A stretch of DNA of 64,000 nt from an uncultured Lentimicrobiaceae bacterium (GCA_964521105.1 CAZFPO010000005.1:3534-67533), one strand, 5' to 3'; shown: positions 40,696-49,116, numbered from the stretch's first letter. Translations and numbers: made by a program. The notes: generated by a model not told the origin, from the sequence alone.

Positions 40696-41879
40696 ATAAA
40701 TTCTATAGTTACTTCTTTCATAAATTTATTTTCTAAAATTTCAACAATTCGACGGACTACTGTTCGGCGAATTTCAAGTTCTTGTGGTAAATTTGGATCT
40801 TGATGAGCTGTATTTATCGAAGTTCCAACTAAAAAGTAGATGTTATCACTTTTTAATATTAGTTTAATCATTTCATCAGCAGGACCATGTCCTAGTTTTG
40901 TATCGGTAGAATATTCTCTAAGTTTTTCCGAAACTTTACTTAAAGTTAATATTCCTTCGGTAACAAGATTAATATTATCCATGTATGATATGGGAGGTAA
41001 ATCAGGGTCGGTCATAACAATTCCCGAACGATACATGTAATTTAAATTGGAAGCAATAATTTCGGCAGTTGTGCCACCACTTATTACTTTTTTCCCTTCA
41101 AACGATTGAACTTTTACAGCAAGTTGTAAATCTTTTTCCTTGTCGTATGGCGGTCCAGTACAAATTAAAAGTTTTCGAGGATGACGAAAATAAATAACGG
41201 CACAACTAGTGTCGTCTTGTGGGATATTGTTGTCATTACGAAGAGCAATATCAATTATTTTTCGTGCAGCTGCAAATGCTGATATAAATGCATCACGTTC
41301 GATTAAATTATATACATATTTTTCAACGCTATCCTGTCCCCAGCCAAAAGGATACTGACGAGTTCCCATACCTGATTGAGGCACCCCATCCGACCAGAAA
41401 AAAATCCGATCTTCTTTTTGAGCATCAAATCTACATAATCGAAGAATTTTACCTTTATGTTTTTCGCTTTCTAAAACAATATCTCTCCAACCTGGATCAA
41501 AAGGCTTTTTACCTCTCATAATCACACTTCGAGGATTATCGTATTCGATTATGCTTGTGGTGCCATCAAACTCAATATCAACAATAGTAAAAGTAGAATA
41601 ACTAACTTTTCGGAAGGAACAAACGGGTAAAGTGTCCATAATTATTTCGGCGGTTTGCCTAATATTACGATGGTCTTTAGTAAAGTTTAATGCCATTGAA
41701 GCAGTTAAAGTCGCTAACACATTTGCTTTTACGCCAGTTCCCATTCCATCCGAAAGAACAGCTATTATTCTTCGTTCAGATTTTATTCGCTCGGATAAAA
41801 ACACATCACCACAAATTGAATTTGGTACATGAATAGCTTGCTGACAATCCACTTCTATATAAAATATATCTTCAATCAT
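40692..41879 (-). CDS. PP2C/SpoIIE-family protein phosphatase with an unassigned roughly 150-aa C-terminal domain
   Basis: 395 aa. Motifs …CGDVF…, …AVLSDGMGTGVKA…, …FFWSDGV… and …DDTSCAVIYF… follow the SpoIIE/PP2C metal-binding Asp pattern. I do not recognise the fold of the C-terminal part (…VISGGTTAEIIAS…VTEGILTL…). Confidence 0.75.
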   Translation of the reverse strand: MIEDIFYIEVDCQQAIHVPNSICGDVFLSERIKSERRIIAVLSDGMGTGVKANVLATLTASMALNFTKDHRNIRQTAEIIMDTLPVCSFRKVSYSTFTIVDIEFDGTTSIIEYDNPRSVIMRGKKPFDPGWRDIVLESEKHKGKILRLCRFDAQKEDRIFFWSDGVPQSGMGTRQYPFGWGQDSVEKYVYNLIERDAFISAFAAARKIIDIALRNDNNIPQDDTSCAVIYFRHPRKLLICTGPPYDKEKDLQLAVKVQSFEGKKVISGGTTAEIIASNLNYMYRSGIVMTDPDLPPISYMDNINLVTEGILTLSKVSEKLREYSTDTKLGHGPADEMIKLILKSDNIYFLVGTSINTAHQDPNLPQELEIRRTVVRRIVEILENKFMKEVTIEFI

Positions 41880-41881
41880 AA

Positions 41882-43735
41882 TTAATTATTCTCATCATTT
41901 TGGTATGATTTAATGATTGAATGCAAAATTTTTTCAGTTTTTGAAGAGCTTTCGCCTAATAGATAGGCAATTTGTTGCACCGTTTCTAAATTTTCACGAA
42001 TTACTTCTTTTGCTCTTTCAATAACTTCATCTTTTTGAACTTCAGGATTTTCCATATCACGAATAACCCCCCCAACAATTTCATGTTTTTTAATTGAAAA
42101 AACCGAAATATTAAATATTTTACCTCTGTGTTCTTCGTCGCGAGAAATATTTTGCTCACCTGTAAAAATCACAGACGCAAACATTTTATGAAATGGGATT
42201 AGAGTTTTTATATCAGCACCTACTAAACCTGGTACCACGCTATTAACTTTAGTAGCTTCACTACCTAAAAGCTTAACAAAACTTTCGTTGGAATGTAGAA
42301 CTTTTAAATCTTTGTTTACAATTACAATTGCAAGTGGTATCTTTTGAAGCATTGCAGTTACGGTATTGGAAAGTTCTTTTGCTGTTTGCTCCTCTTCTCT
42401 AGCTCTTTGTTCTGATTTAATTAAAGCCTCTTTAGTATCCGAAAGTTTTTTATTGATTTGAGCAAGTTCGTCAATATAAGTATTCATTTTATCGTACGAA
42501 TAGGTTGGACACATTTCTAAATTTGCATAACCATTACAAATGGCGATAGCAAATTTTGTACATGACTGATAGCCACATGCTCCGCAAGACAATATATCTC
42601 TAGTTCTATCTCTCCCTAGTTCAGATAAAACATCTTTTAGATTATCCCCCGAAGGATTAGGAGCACGCTGATCGTCATCTCGATTATAGGTTCGTTTAAA
42701 ATTAATGATGTCTTCGAATTTTGAAATATCTTTAATCCATTGCGCTTTGTTTAAAGTTTTTAGTCTTTTTTCGACATAATTAATGACTAATGTTCTACGA
42801 AGAAACTTATCACCTTTTTTTGATGTTCCAGGACCCATGATGCAACCATCGCAATAAAAAAGATCAATATGTTGTTTTATTTGTATGTTTTTTTTGAATT
42901 CTTTAATTACTTGTAAAAAGTTATCACGTCCTTCGGTACAAATTATTTTACCAGTTAACAAATCCTCATTAATATCAACAGCTTGCAACATGCCACGACT
43001 AATAGGAAATAAGGAACCTTTATTTCCGAGTGGTGTATCGAATTCAGAATAGCTAACGGATGTTTCATTAATATTAAATTCGGCAAATAATTCACGTAGT
43101 TCAATATACGTAAGAACTGCATCAATTTCAAAATTTGTATCATTTACCCTTTTAATTTCTTTTTTTGCAGCAATACAAGGACTAATGTGAACAATTTTTA
43201 CATCTTGACCATATTTTTCGCGAACAACTTTAGCAGTAGCAAACATTGGTGAAATTATTGGGGCAATATTGTCAATAAGTTCGGGGTAAAATTTTTCGAT
43301 ATAATATATTACAGAAGGGCAATTAGCTGTAAAATAATATTTACCATTATAATTTTTAAATAATTTTTCGTATTGGTAAGCAACTAAGTCGACACCAAAA
43401 GCAATTTCGGTAACATAATCAAAACCAAGTGATTTAATCATGCTAACGAAGCTACGATAATCAGTGATATCTGAAAATTCGCCAGAAATACTAGGTGCTA
43501 CAATGGCTGCAACTTTTTGATTCGATTGAAGAAGTTCTTTAACTTCATCCTTAGAATCTTTATAATGGATTGCATTTTGAGAACAAACAGTAAAACAGCT
43601 TCCACACAAAACACATCTCGATTCGATAATTTCGGAGAAACCATCTTTTACCCTAATAGCTTTTGAAGGGCAAACTCTAACGCATGAATAGCAAAGTTTA
43701 CATTTCTCTTTATCAATGTTTATTAAATTTTTCAT
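41882..43735 (-). CDS. hydS: Sensory [FeFe]-hydrogenase-like protein (HydS type, group C): 2x[4Fe-4S] ferredoxin + H-domain + Cys motif + PAS
   Basis: N-terminal CKLCYSCVRVCP and CVLCGSCFTVCS. H-cluster motifs are P1 TANCPS (ligand Cys kept, relay Cys position is Asn), P2 ISPCIAAKKE and P3 FYCDGCIMGPG. These are followed by CGACGYQSC-x16-C (Cx2Cx4Cx16C), a coiled coil and a PAS-like domain (…LQKIPLAIVIVNKDLKVLHSNESFVKLLG…). Confidence 0.8.
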   Translation of the reverse strand: MKNLINIDKEKCKLCYSCVRVCPSKAIRVKDGFSEIIESRCVLCGSCFTVCSQNAIHYKDSKDEVKELLQSNQKVAAIVAPSISGEFSDITDYRSFVSMIKSLGFDYVTEIAFGVDLVAYQYEKLFKNYNGKYYFTANCPSVIYYIEKFYPELIDNIAPIISPMFATAKVVREKYGQDVKIVHISPCIAAKKEIKRVNDTNFEIDAVLTYIELRELFAEFNINETSVSYSEFDTPLGNKGSLFPISRGMLQAVDINEDLLTGKIICTEGRDNFLQVIKEFKKNIQIKQHIDLFYCDGCIMGPGTSKKGDKFLRRTLVINYVEKRLKTLNKAQWIKDISKFEDIINFKRTYNRDDDQRAPNPSGDNLKDVLSELGRDRTRDILSCGACGYQSCTKFAIAICNGYANLEMCPTYSYDKMNTYIDELAQINKKLSDTKEALIKSEQRAREEEQTAKELSNTVTAMLQKIPLAIVIVNKDLKVLHSNESFVKLLGSEATKVNSVVPGLVGADIKTLIPFHKMFASVIFTGEQNISRDEEHRGKIFNISVFSIKKHEIVGGVIRDMENPEVQKDEVIERAKEVIRENLETVQQIAYLLGESSSKTEKILHSIIKSYQNDENN

Positions 43736-43741
43736 GAAAGA

Positions 43742-43993
43742 TTATTTCAGTTGGAATATTTCGTCTAGTAGTTCTTTAATAGAGTCGGCTTTAATAGCTT
43801 CGTGCATTTTTTTGTCGATAAAAAGTATTGGTCCATTTCCGCAATTTCCCGAGCAGAGTTTACCTCTAAAGTCAACTACATCTTTTAATTTATTTTCTTT
43901 AATATAATTTTCAATAAACTTCAATGTATCTCTATTTCCTCTTGAAAAGCAAGAACTTCCCAAACAAATAATAATTTCATGCTTAGTTGCCAT
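43742..43993 (-). CDS. Thioredoxin-like [2Fe-2S] ferredoxin (HndB/NuoE-fold small subunit)
   Basis: 83 aa from the ATG at 43993 (MATKHEIIICLGSSCFSRGN…CSGNCGNGP…), with Cx4C…Cx3C spacing as in NuoE-type 2Fe-2S proteins. Confidence 0.75.
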   Translation of the reverse strand: MATKHEIIICLGSSCFSRGNRDTLKFIENYIKENKLKDVVDFRGKLCSGNCGNGPILFIDKKMHEAIKADSIKELLDEIFQLK

Positions 43994-44068
43994 AGCTAAA
44001 TAATTTTGCATAAATGTACAAAAAAAGGTTAGCATAGCTAACCTTTTTACAATTTTTATTACAAAAAA

Positions 44069-45859
44069 CTAGTAACGTTCTCTTTTTTTGTAGTGAGTAT
44101 GAAGTAATTCGTGCGATTTATGACCATTAGGTTTACCTAAAAATTCCTCATAAATAGCTGCAACTTCAGGATTTTCGTGCGATTTACGAATAGTCATATT
44201 AGCATCTTCATCGTAAATTGCTGCCATACGTTTTTTACGAATTTCTATGTTTGTAGGTACAGGTTGACCACCACCACCTAAACAACCACCAGGACAAGCC
44301 ATAATTTCAATAAAATGATAGTCAGCTTTTCCTTCTTTAACGCTTTGCATTAATGCTTTGGCATTTACTAATCCGTGAGCAACCGCACATTTCAACTCAA
44401 CACCTTCAAGGAATGACCATTCGGGAATTGTTCCTGAAATTACAACCGATGCTTCGCGAACACCTTCCATACCACGAACTGGAGTGATGTCGAGGTTTTT
44501 GAAAGGCACTTCTTTACCAGTTACAACTTCCCAAGCAGTACGAAGAGCAGCTTCCATAACACCGCCTGTAGCACCAAAAATTACAGCAGCACCAGTTGAT
44601 GCACCCATAATACTATCGTAGTTTTCTTCTTGCAACGAAGCGAAATCAACACCAGCTTGTTTAACCATGATGGCAAGTTCACGAGTTGTTAAAACAAAAT
44701 CAACATCTTTGTATCCACTATCACGCATCTCAGGTCTATCAGCTTCAAACTTTTTAGCGGTACAAGGCATAATTGAAACAGAAACGATGTTAGCAGGATC
44801 AATGTTGCGTTTTTGAGCGTAATAAGTTTTAACTAAAGCACCAAACATTTGTTGTGGAGATTTGCAAGTTGAAAGATTATCTAACATTTCGGGATACATG
44901 TGCTCGATAAATTTAATCCAGCCTGGTGAGCATGAAGTTGTCATAGGAAGTGCAATGGTATGGTCTTTTTCTTTTAAAGCTTTCTTTAAACGACCTAATA
45001 ATTCAAAACCTTCCTCCATAATAGTTAAATCGGCTGTAAAATCGGTGTCTAAAACTGAATCAAAGCCTAAACGTTTAAGTGCAGCTACCATTTTTCCGGT
45101 TACACGAGTTCCTACTTCGCCACCAAGGTCTTCACCCAGCGCAATACGAACAGCAGGTGCAGTTTGACAAACCACATGTTTGTTAGGATCAGCTAATACA
45201 TCCCAAACTTCTTCGATGTAATTTTTTTCAACCAATGCACCAGTTGGGCATCGGTTAATACATTGTCCACAGTTTGTACAAATTACTTCAAACATTGAAT
45301 GATCGAAGAATGTAGATACTCTCATGTGGTCACCCTTATGAGCACAACTAACTGCACTAACATATTGCAACTCTTCACAAACACGAACACAGCGTTGGCA
45401 ACGAACGCATTTACTATCGTCTTTTACAATTGAAGGAGAATAACGATCTATAGAATAGTGTTTTAAAGGAACTAAATCGATAAAAAAGTCATTACTGATT
45501 TTATATTCGGCTGCTAATTCTTGTAGTTCACATTTTCCGTTTTTATAACATTTGGTACAATCGGCGTTATGTTCCGATAACAATAATTCGATGATGTGTT
45601 TACGAGCTGTACGAACTTTATGACTATTGGTGAATATTTCCATACCGTCAGAAACGGGGGTAGCACAAGCTACTGGTAAGGTACGAGCACCAGTTTGTTC
45701 GACAACACAAACACGACAATTTCCTGCAACATTAATGTCGGAATGATGACATAATACAGGAATATTAATGTTAATTTGACGAGCTGCATCAAGGATTGAT
45801 TTACCTTTTTCAACGCTAACGTCAATATTATCTATGGTTAAATTTACTTTTTCTGCCAT
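44069..45859 (-). CDS. hydA: [FeFe]-hydrogenase catalytic subunit (HydA/HndD-like, M3-type with N-terminal 2Fe-2S and multiple 4Fe-4S domains)
   Basis: 596 aa. N-terminal 2Fe-2S (CHHSDINVAGNCRVC), a His-ligated cluster region and two CxxCxxCxxxCP motifs. H-cluster P2 is IMPCTAKKFEA and P3 is IEIMACPGGCLGGGGQP. P1 reads TSCSPGW. It ends with the small-subunit-like C-terminal motif. Confidence 0.9.
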   Translation of the reverse strand: MAEKVNLTIDNIDVSVEKGKSILDAARQININIPVLCHHSDINVAGNCRVCVVEQTGARTLPVACATPVSDGMEIFTNSHKVRTARKHIIELLLSEHNADCTKCYKNGKCELQELAAEYKISNDFFIDLVPLKHYSIDRYSPSIVKDDSKCVRCQRCVRVCEELQYVSAVSCAHKGDHMRVSTFFDHSMFEVICTNCGQCINRCPTGALVEKNYIEEVWDVLADPNKHVVCQTAPAVRIALGEDLGGEVGTRVTGKMVAALKRLGFDSVLDTDFTADLTIMEEGFELLGRLKKALKEKDHTIALPMTTSCSPGWIKFIEHMYPEMLDNLSTCKSPQQMFGALVKTYYAQKRNIDPANIVSVSIMPCTAKKFEADRPEMRDSGYKDVDFVLTTRELAIMVKQAGVDFASLQEENYDSIMGASTGAAVIFGATGGVMEAALRTAWEVVTGKEVPFKNLDITPVRGMEGVREASVVISGTIPEWSFLEGVELKCAVAHGLVNAKALMQSVKEGKADYHFIEIMACPGGCLGGGGQPVPTNIEIRKKRMAAIYDEDANMTIRKSHENPEVAAIYEEFLGKPNGHKSHELLHTHYKKRERY

Positions 45860-45896
45860 TTTTTTTTAATAATTTAATTTATGAATTAATCGACAA

Positions 45897-47075
45897 TTAG
45901 TATATCATTTCTTCTTTGAAATTGGTAACAATTGATGAGAAAGAATTTGCTACAGATTGTCCTAAACCACATTTTGCAGTAATTTTCATAGTTTCGGTTA
46001 ATTTGAGCAAATAATCGAGGTAATAAGAGTTTTTTTCGCCTCTTTTAACCGCTTCGATACCATGAATAAGTTGTTGAGTACCAACACGACATGGAGTACA
46101 TTGACCGCACGATTCTTCTTGGAAGAAATCTAAATAATTTCGTAGCACATTATACATTGAACGAGAGCTATTGAAAAGCATCATTGAACCACCTGTTGGA
46201 AGGTTGTCTCCTTCGAGGTCGCTTTGATATCCGATAATGGTTGAGTCGAATTTTTTACGAGGCACACAAAAACCAGAAGCACCACCAACTTGAACGGCTT
46301 TAGCATCACCATCACCAAATTCTTCAACAAATTCGCGAAGCGACATACCAAGTTCGAGTTCATAAATTCCGGCAATTGGAGTATCACCCGAAATTGAGAA
46401 TAGTTTTGAACCACGAGAAGATTTTGTACCTAATCGTTTATATTGCTCCGAACCAATTTTACAAACTATTGCTGCAGAAGCTAAGGTTTCAACGTTATTA
46501 ACAACGGTTGGTTTGCCAAGATAACCGGCGATAACTGGAAATGGTGGTTTATTACGAGGTTCTCCACGTTTACCTTCCATTGACTCTAAAAGGGCTGTTT
46601 CTTCACCACAAACATAAGCTCCGCTACCCATAAAAATATCAATTTCAAAGTCGAAATTGTTTTCCTTCATAATCGATTGAAAATCTTTAAGTTCTTTGCG
46701 AAGTTTTGGAACTAAAAATTTATATTCACCACGAAGATAAATATACCCTTTGTTAACTCCTACAACTTTAGCTGCGATTGCCATACCAGTAAGTACTTTA
46801 AAAGGTACTTTATCTAATATTTCGCGGTCTTTAAATGTACCGGGTTCGCCTTCATCGGCATTACAAACTATGAATTTTTCACTTGATTTTGCATCACGAG
46901 CAAATTTCCATTTTAACCCAGTTAAAAATCCAGCACCACCACGACCTTTAAGTCCGGAGTCAATCATTTCATTAATTACTTCATCGTCTGTTTTAGCAAA
47001 CGTTTTTGCTATAATTTCCCTGTAGTTATCCTCATTAAAAATTAAGTCAACTCGCTTAAGGGTTTTTTCTGCCAT
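45897..47075 (-). CDS. hydB: NuoF-like NADH-binding flavoprotein subunit of the hydrogenase (HydB/HndC core only)
   Basis: 392 aa. Contains GLKGRGGAGFLTGLKW (FMN), CNADEGEPGTFKDR, GAYVCGEETALLESMEG, and 4Fe-4S motifs ESCGQCTPCR…AKCGLGQ. There is no N-terminal 2Fe-2S domain and no C-terminal 2x[4Fe-4S] domain. Confidence 0.85.
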   Translation of the reverse strand: MAEKTLKRVDLIFNEDNYREIIAKTFAKTDDEVINEMIDSGLKGRGGAGFLTGLKWKFARDAKSSEKFIVCNADEGEPGTFKDREILDKVPFKVLTGMAIAAKVVGVNKGYIYLRGEYKFLVPKLRKELKDFQSIMKENNFDFEIDIFMGSGAYVCGEETALLESMEGKRGEPRNKPPFPVIAGYLGKPTVVNNVETLASAAIVCKIGSEQYKRLGTKSSRGSKLFSISGDTPIAGIYELELGMSLREFVEEFGDGDAKAVQVGGASGFCVPRKKFDSTIIGYQSDLEGDNLPTGGSMMLFNSSRSMYNVLRNYLDFFQEESCGQCTPCRVGTQQLIHGIEAVKRGEKNSYYLDYLLKLTETMKITAKCGLGQSVANSFSSIVTNFKEEMIY

Positions 47076-47092
47076 ATTAATCCCTCCTTATT

Positions 47093-47566
47093 TTAATATG
47101 TTCCTTTTTTACTATAACTATCTATAATTTCAATCACTTTCTCTTCGTTGAGTTCAGTGTGAATGTCATCGTTAATGAGCATTGCAGGTGCTTTATGGCA
47201 CCAGCCCAAACAATTAGTTTCCAATAAAGTAAACTTTTTGTCTTTTGTAGTTTCGCCTAACTTCATTTTTAATGTTTCCTCGATGGTTTTAATCATTTGA
47301 TTTTTACCCTTCATGGCACATGTAATTGATTTGCAAACACGAATTACAAATTCTCCTCGAGGATCAGTATCTAAGAAAGAATAAAATGTAGCAGTGCCGT
47401 AAACTTGTGCTGCCGACAAATCTAATTCTTGAGCCACAATTCGCAATGATTCTTCTGTTAGTGTTCGCTCTTGTTCGATTATACCTTGCAAAACTGGAAG
47501 CAAACTTTCACGTTTTTTGCCGTAAATGTTTACAAGTCGTTTGACTAGGCTTTCAACTTCTACCAT
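47093..47566 (-). CDS. hydC: NuoE-like [2Fe-2S] subunit of the hydrogenase (HydC/HndA)
   Basis: 157 aa. …LLPVLQGIIEQE…, CKSITCAMKG and CLGWCHKAP (Cx4C…Cx3C). Confidence 0.85.
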   Translation of the reverse strand: MVEVESLVKRLVNIYGKKRESLLPVLQGIIEQERTLTEESLRIVAQELDLSAAQVYGTATFYSFLDTDPRGEFVIRVCKSITCAMKGKNQMIKTIEETLKMKLGETTKDKKFTLLETNCLGWCHKAPAMLINDDIHTELNEEKVIEIIDSYSKKGTY

Positions 47567-47655
47567 AACTTTTTTGTTTTTAGGTTAATATTTAATCAAT
47601 TTGAAATTTATTATTATTTATTCATTAGTATCGTTAATATTTCATTGATGCTTGG

Positions 47656-47663
47656 CAAAGATA
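47656..47663 (-). promoter_or_regulatory. Candidate -7 promoter box (TATCTTTG on the minus strand) for the hydrogenase operon
   Basis: CAAAGATA on the plus strand lies about 90 nt upstream of the hydC ATG. Confidence 0.35.
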
Positions 47664-47929
47664 ATTTTTTATTCAAATTTTATTCTATTTTTTACATCTC
47701 TTTTATTGTTAAATTTGAAATTTAAAATTAATCTACATAAGGGATTTCATAATTTTATTTCTTTCTTTTAATTAATTATATGCTTTTTTATGTCAATATT
47801 TTATCGTAAATTTTATTAGAGTTTAATTTATTTTTTTAATCCTAATAATCAGTTCAAAAGATACATTGTTAAATATTTGTTACATCTTTTATTAAGTTAA
47901 ATTTTACATTTAGTATTTTTTTGTTTTTA

Positions 47930-47964
47930 AAACAAAAAAAGAGGTAAGCTTCAGCTTACCTCTT
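47930..47964 (-). terminator. Rho-independent terminator after gcvT
   Basis: GAGGTAAGC-ttca-GCTTACCTC hairpin. The plus-strand A-run at 47933-47940 gives the T-tail on the minus strand. Confidence 0.75.
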
Positions 47965-47986
47965 TAATTTGTAAATAAAAGTTTAA

Positions 47987-49078
47987 TTAGCCTTTGTAAA
48001 AAGGAAGTTTAACCACAATAGCTTTTAATTTTTTATCTCTAATTGATATATAAATTTCTGTTCCAAGTTTGGAAAACTCGGGTTTAACATATCCCATACC
48101 TATTGCTTTATTAATTGATGGTCCTTGAGTGCCTGAAGTTACTTTGCCAATTTGATTTCCATCAGCATTAGTTATTATATAATCGTGTCGGGGAATACCT
48201 CTATCAATCATTTCAAAACCAACTAATTTACGACTAACTCCATCTTGTTTGTGTTTTAAGTTGTATTCTTTATCGATGAAATTGTTATTTTCGGAAAATT
48301 TAGTTATCCAACCTAATCCTGCTTCAATTGGAGATGTTGTATCGTCTATGTCATTTCCATATAAGCAAAAGCCCATTTCTAAGCGTAAAGTATCACGAGC
48401 TGCTAGTCCAATGGGTTTAATGTCAAATTCTTTACCTGCGTCAAAAACAGCATTCCAAATTTGTTCGGCATACTTGTTTGGAAAATAAATTTCGCAACCT
48501 CCCGAACCAGTATAACCAGTTGTTGAGAATAAAATATCTGGAATACCCGCAAAAGTTAGAGTTTTATGTGTATAGTATTCCATATCTTCAACCGTTGTTT
48601 CGGTTAATTTTTGCATTGCTTTTAAAGCCAACGGACCTTGAATAGCTAATTGAGAAATATCATCGGATACGTTTTTTATATCCGCACCAATTTTTTCGTT
48701 TTGTTTCTGCATCCAAGCCCAATCTTTATCGATATTTGCAGCATTGATTACTAAAAGATAACACGTATCGCTCATTTTATATACCAATAAATCGTCAACT
48801 ATACCTCCTTTACCATTCGGCATACAAGAGTATTGAACTTTTCCATCCCACAAGGTAGCTACATCGTTTGTAGTAATATATTGAACAAATTCAAACGCTT
48901 TTGGTCCACAAACATAAACTTCGCCCATGTGAGATACATCAAAAACACCTACTTTTTTACGAACATGTTCGTGTTCAATTATTAACCCTTCGTATTGTAA
49001 AGGCATGTAAAATCCGGCAAATTCAACCATTTTGCCTCCAACCGATTCGTGAATTTTGCTAAAAGCTGTATGTTTCAT
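47987..49078 (-). CDS. gcvT: Glycine cleavage system aminomethyltransferase (T protein)
   Basis: 363 aa. …GGKMVEFAGFYMPLQY…, …FDVSHMGE… and …ARDTLRLEMGFCLYGND… are canonical GcvT motifs. Confidence 0.95.
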   Translation of the reverse strand: MKHTAFSKIHESVGGKMVEFAGFYMPLQYEGLIIEHEHVRKKVGVFDVSHMGEVYVCGPKAFEFVQYITTNDVATLWDGKVQYSCMPNGKGGIVDDLLVYKMSDTCYLLVINAANIDKDWAWMQKQNEKIGADIKNVSDDISQLAIQGPLALKAMQKLTETTVEDMEYYTHKTLTFAGIPDILFSTTGYTGSGGCEIYFPNKYAEQIWNAVFDAGKEFDIKPIGLAARDTLRLEMGFCLYGNDIDDTTSPIEAGLGWITKFSENNNFIDKEYNLKHKQDGVSRKLVGFEMIDRGIPRHDYIITNADGNQIGKVTSGTQGPSINKAIGMGYVKPEFSKLGTEIYISIRDKKLKAIVVKLPFYKG

Positions 49079-49116
49079 TTTTTATAAAATTTAAATTACT
49101 TATTTTTTGTTGGAAA

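Noticed and set aside
44069-47566. Possible selenocysteine or recoding event, or hydEFG maturase genes, in the hydrogenase block
   Set aside because: All ORFs are uninterrupted with normal stops. No in-frame TGA needs read-through, and no radical-SAM or GTPase maturase genes are present in this window.
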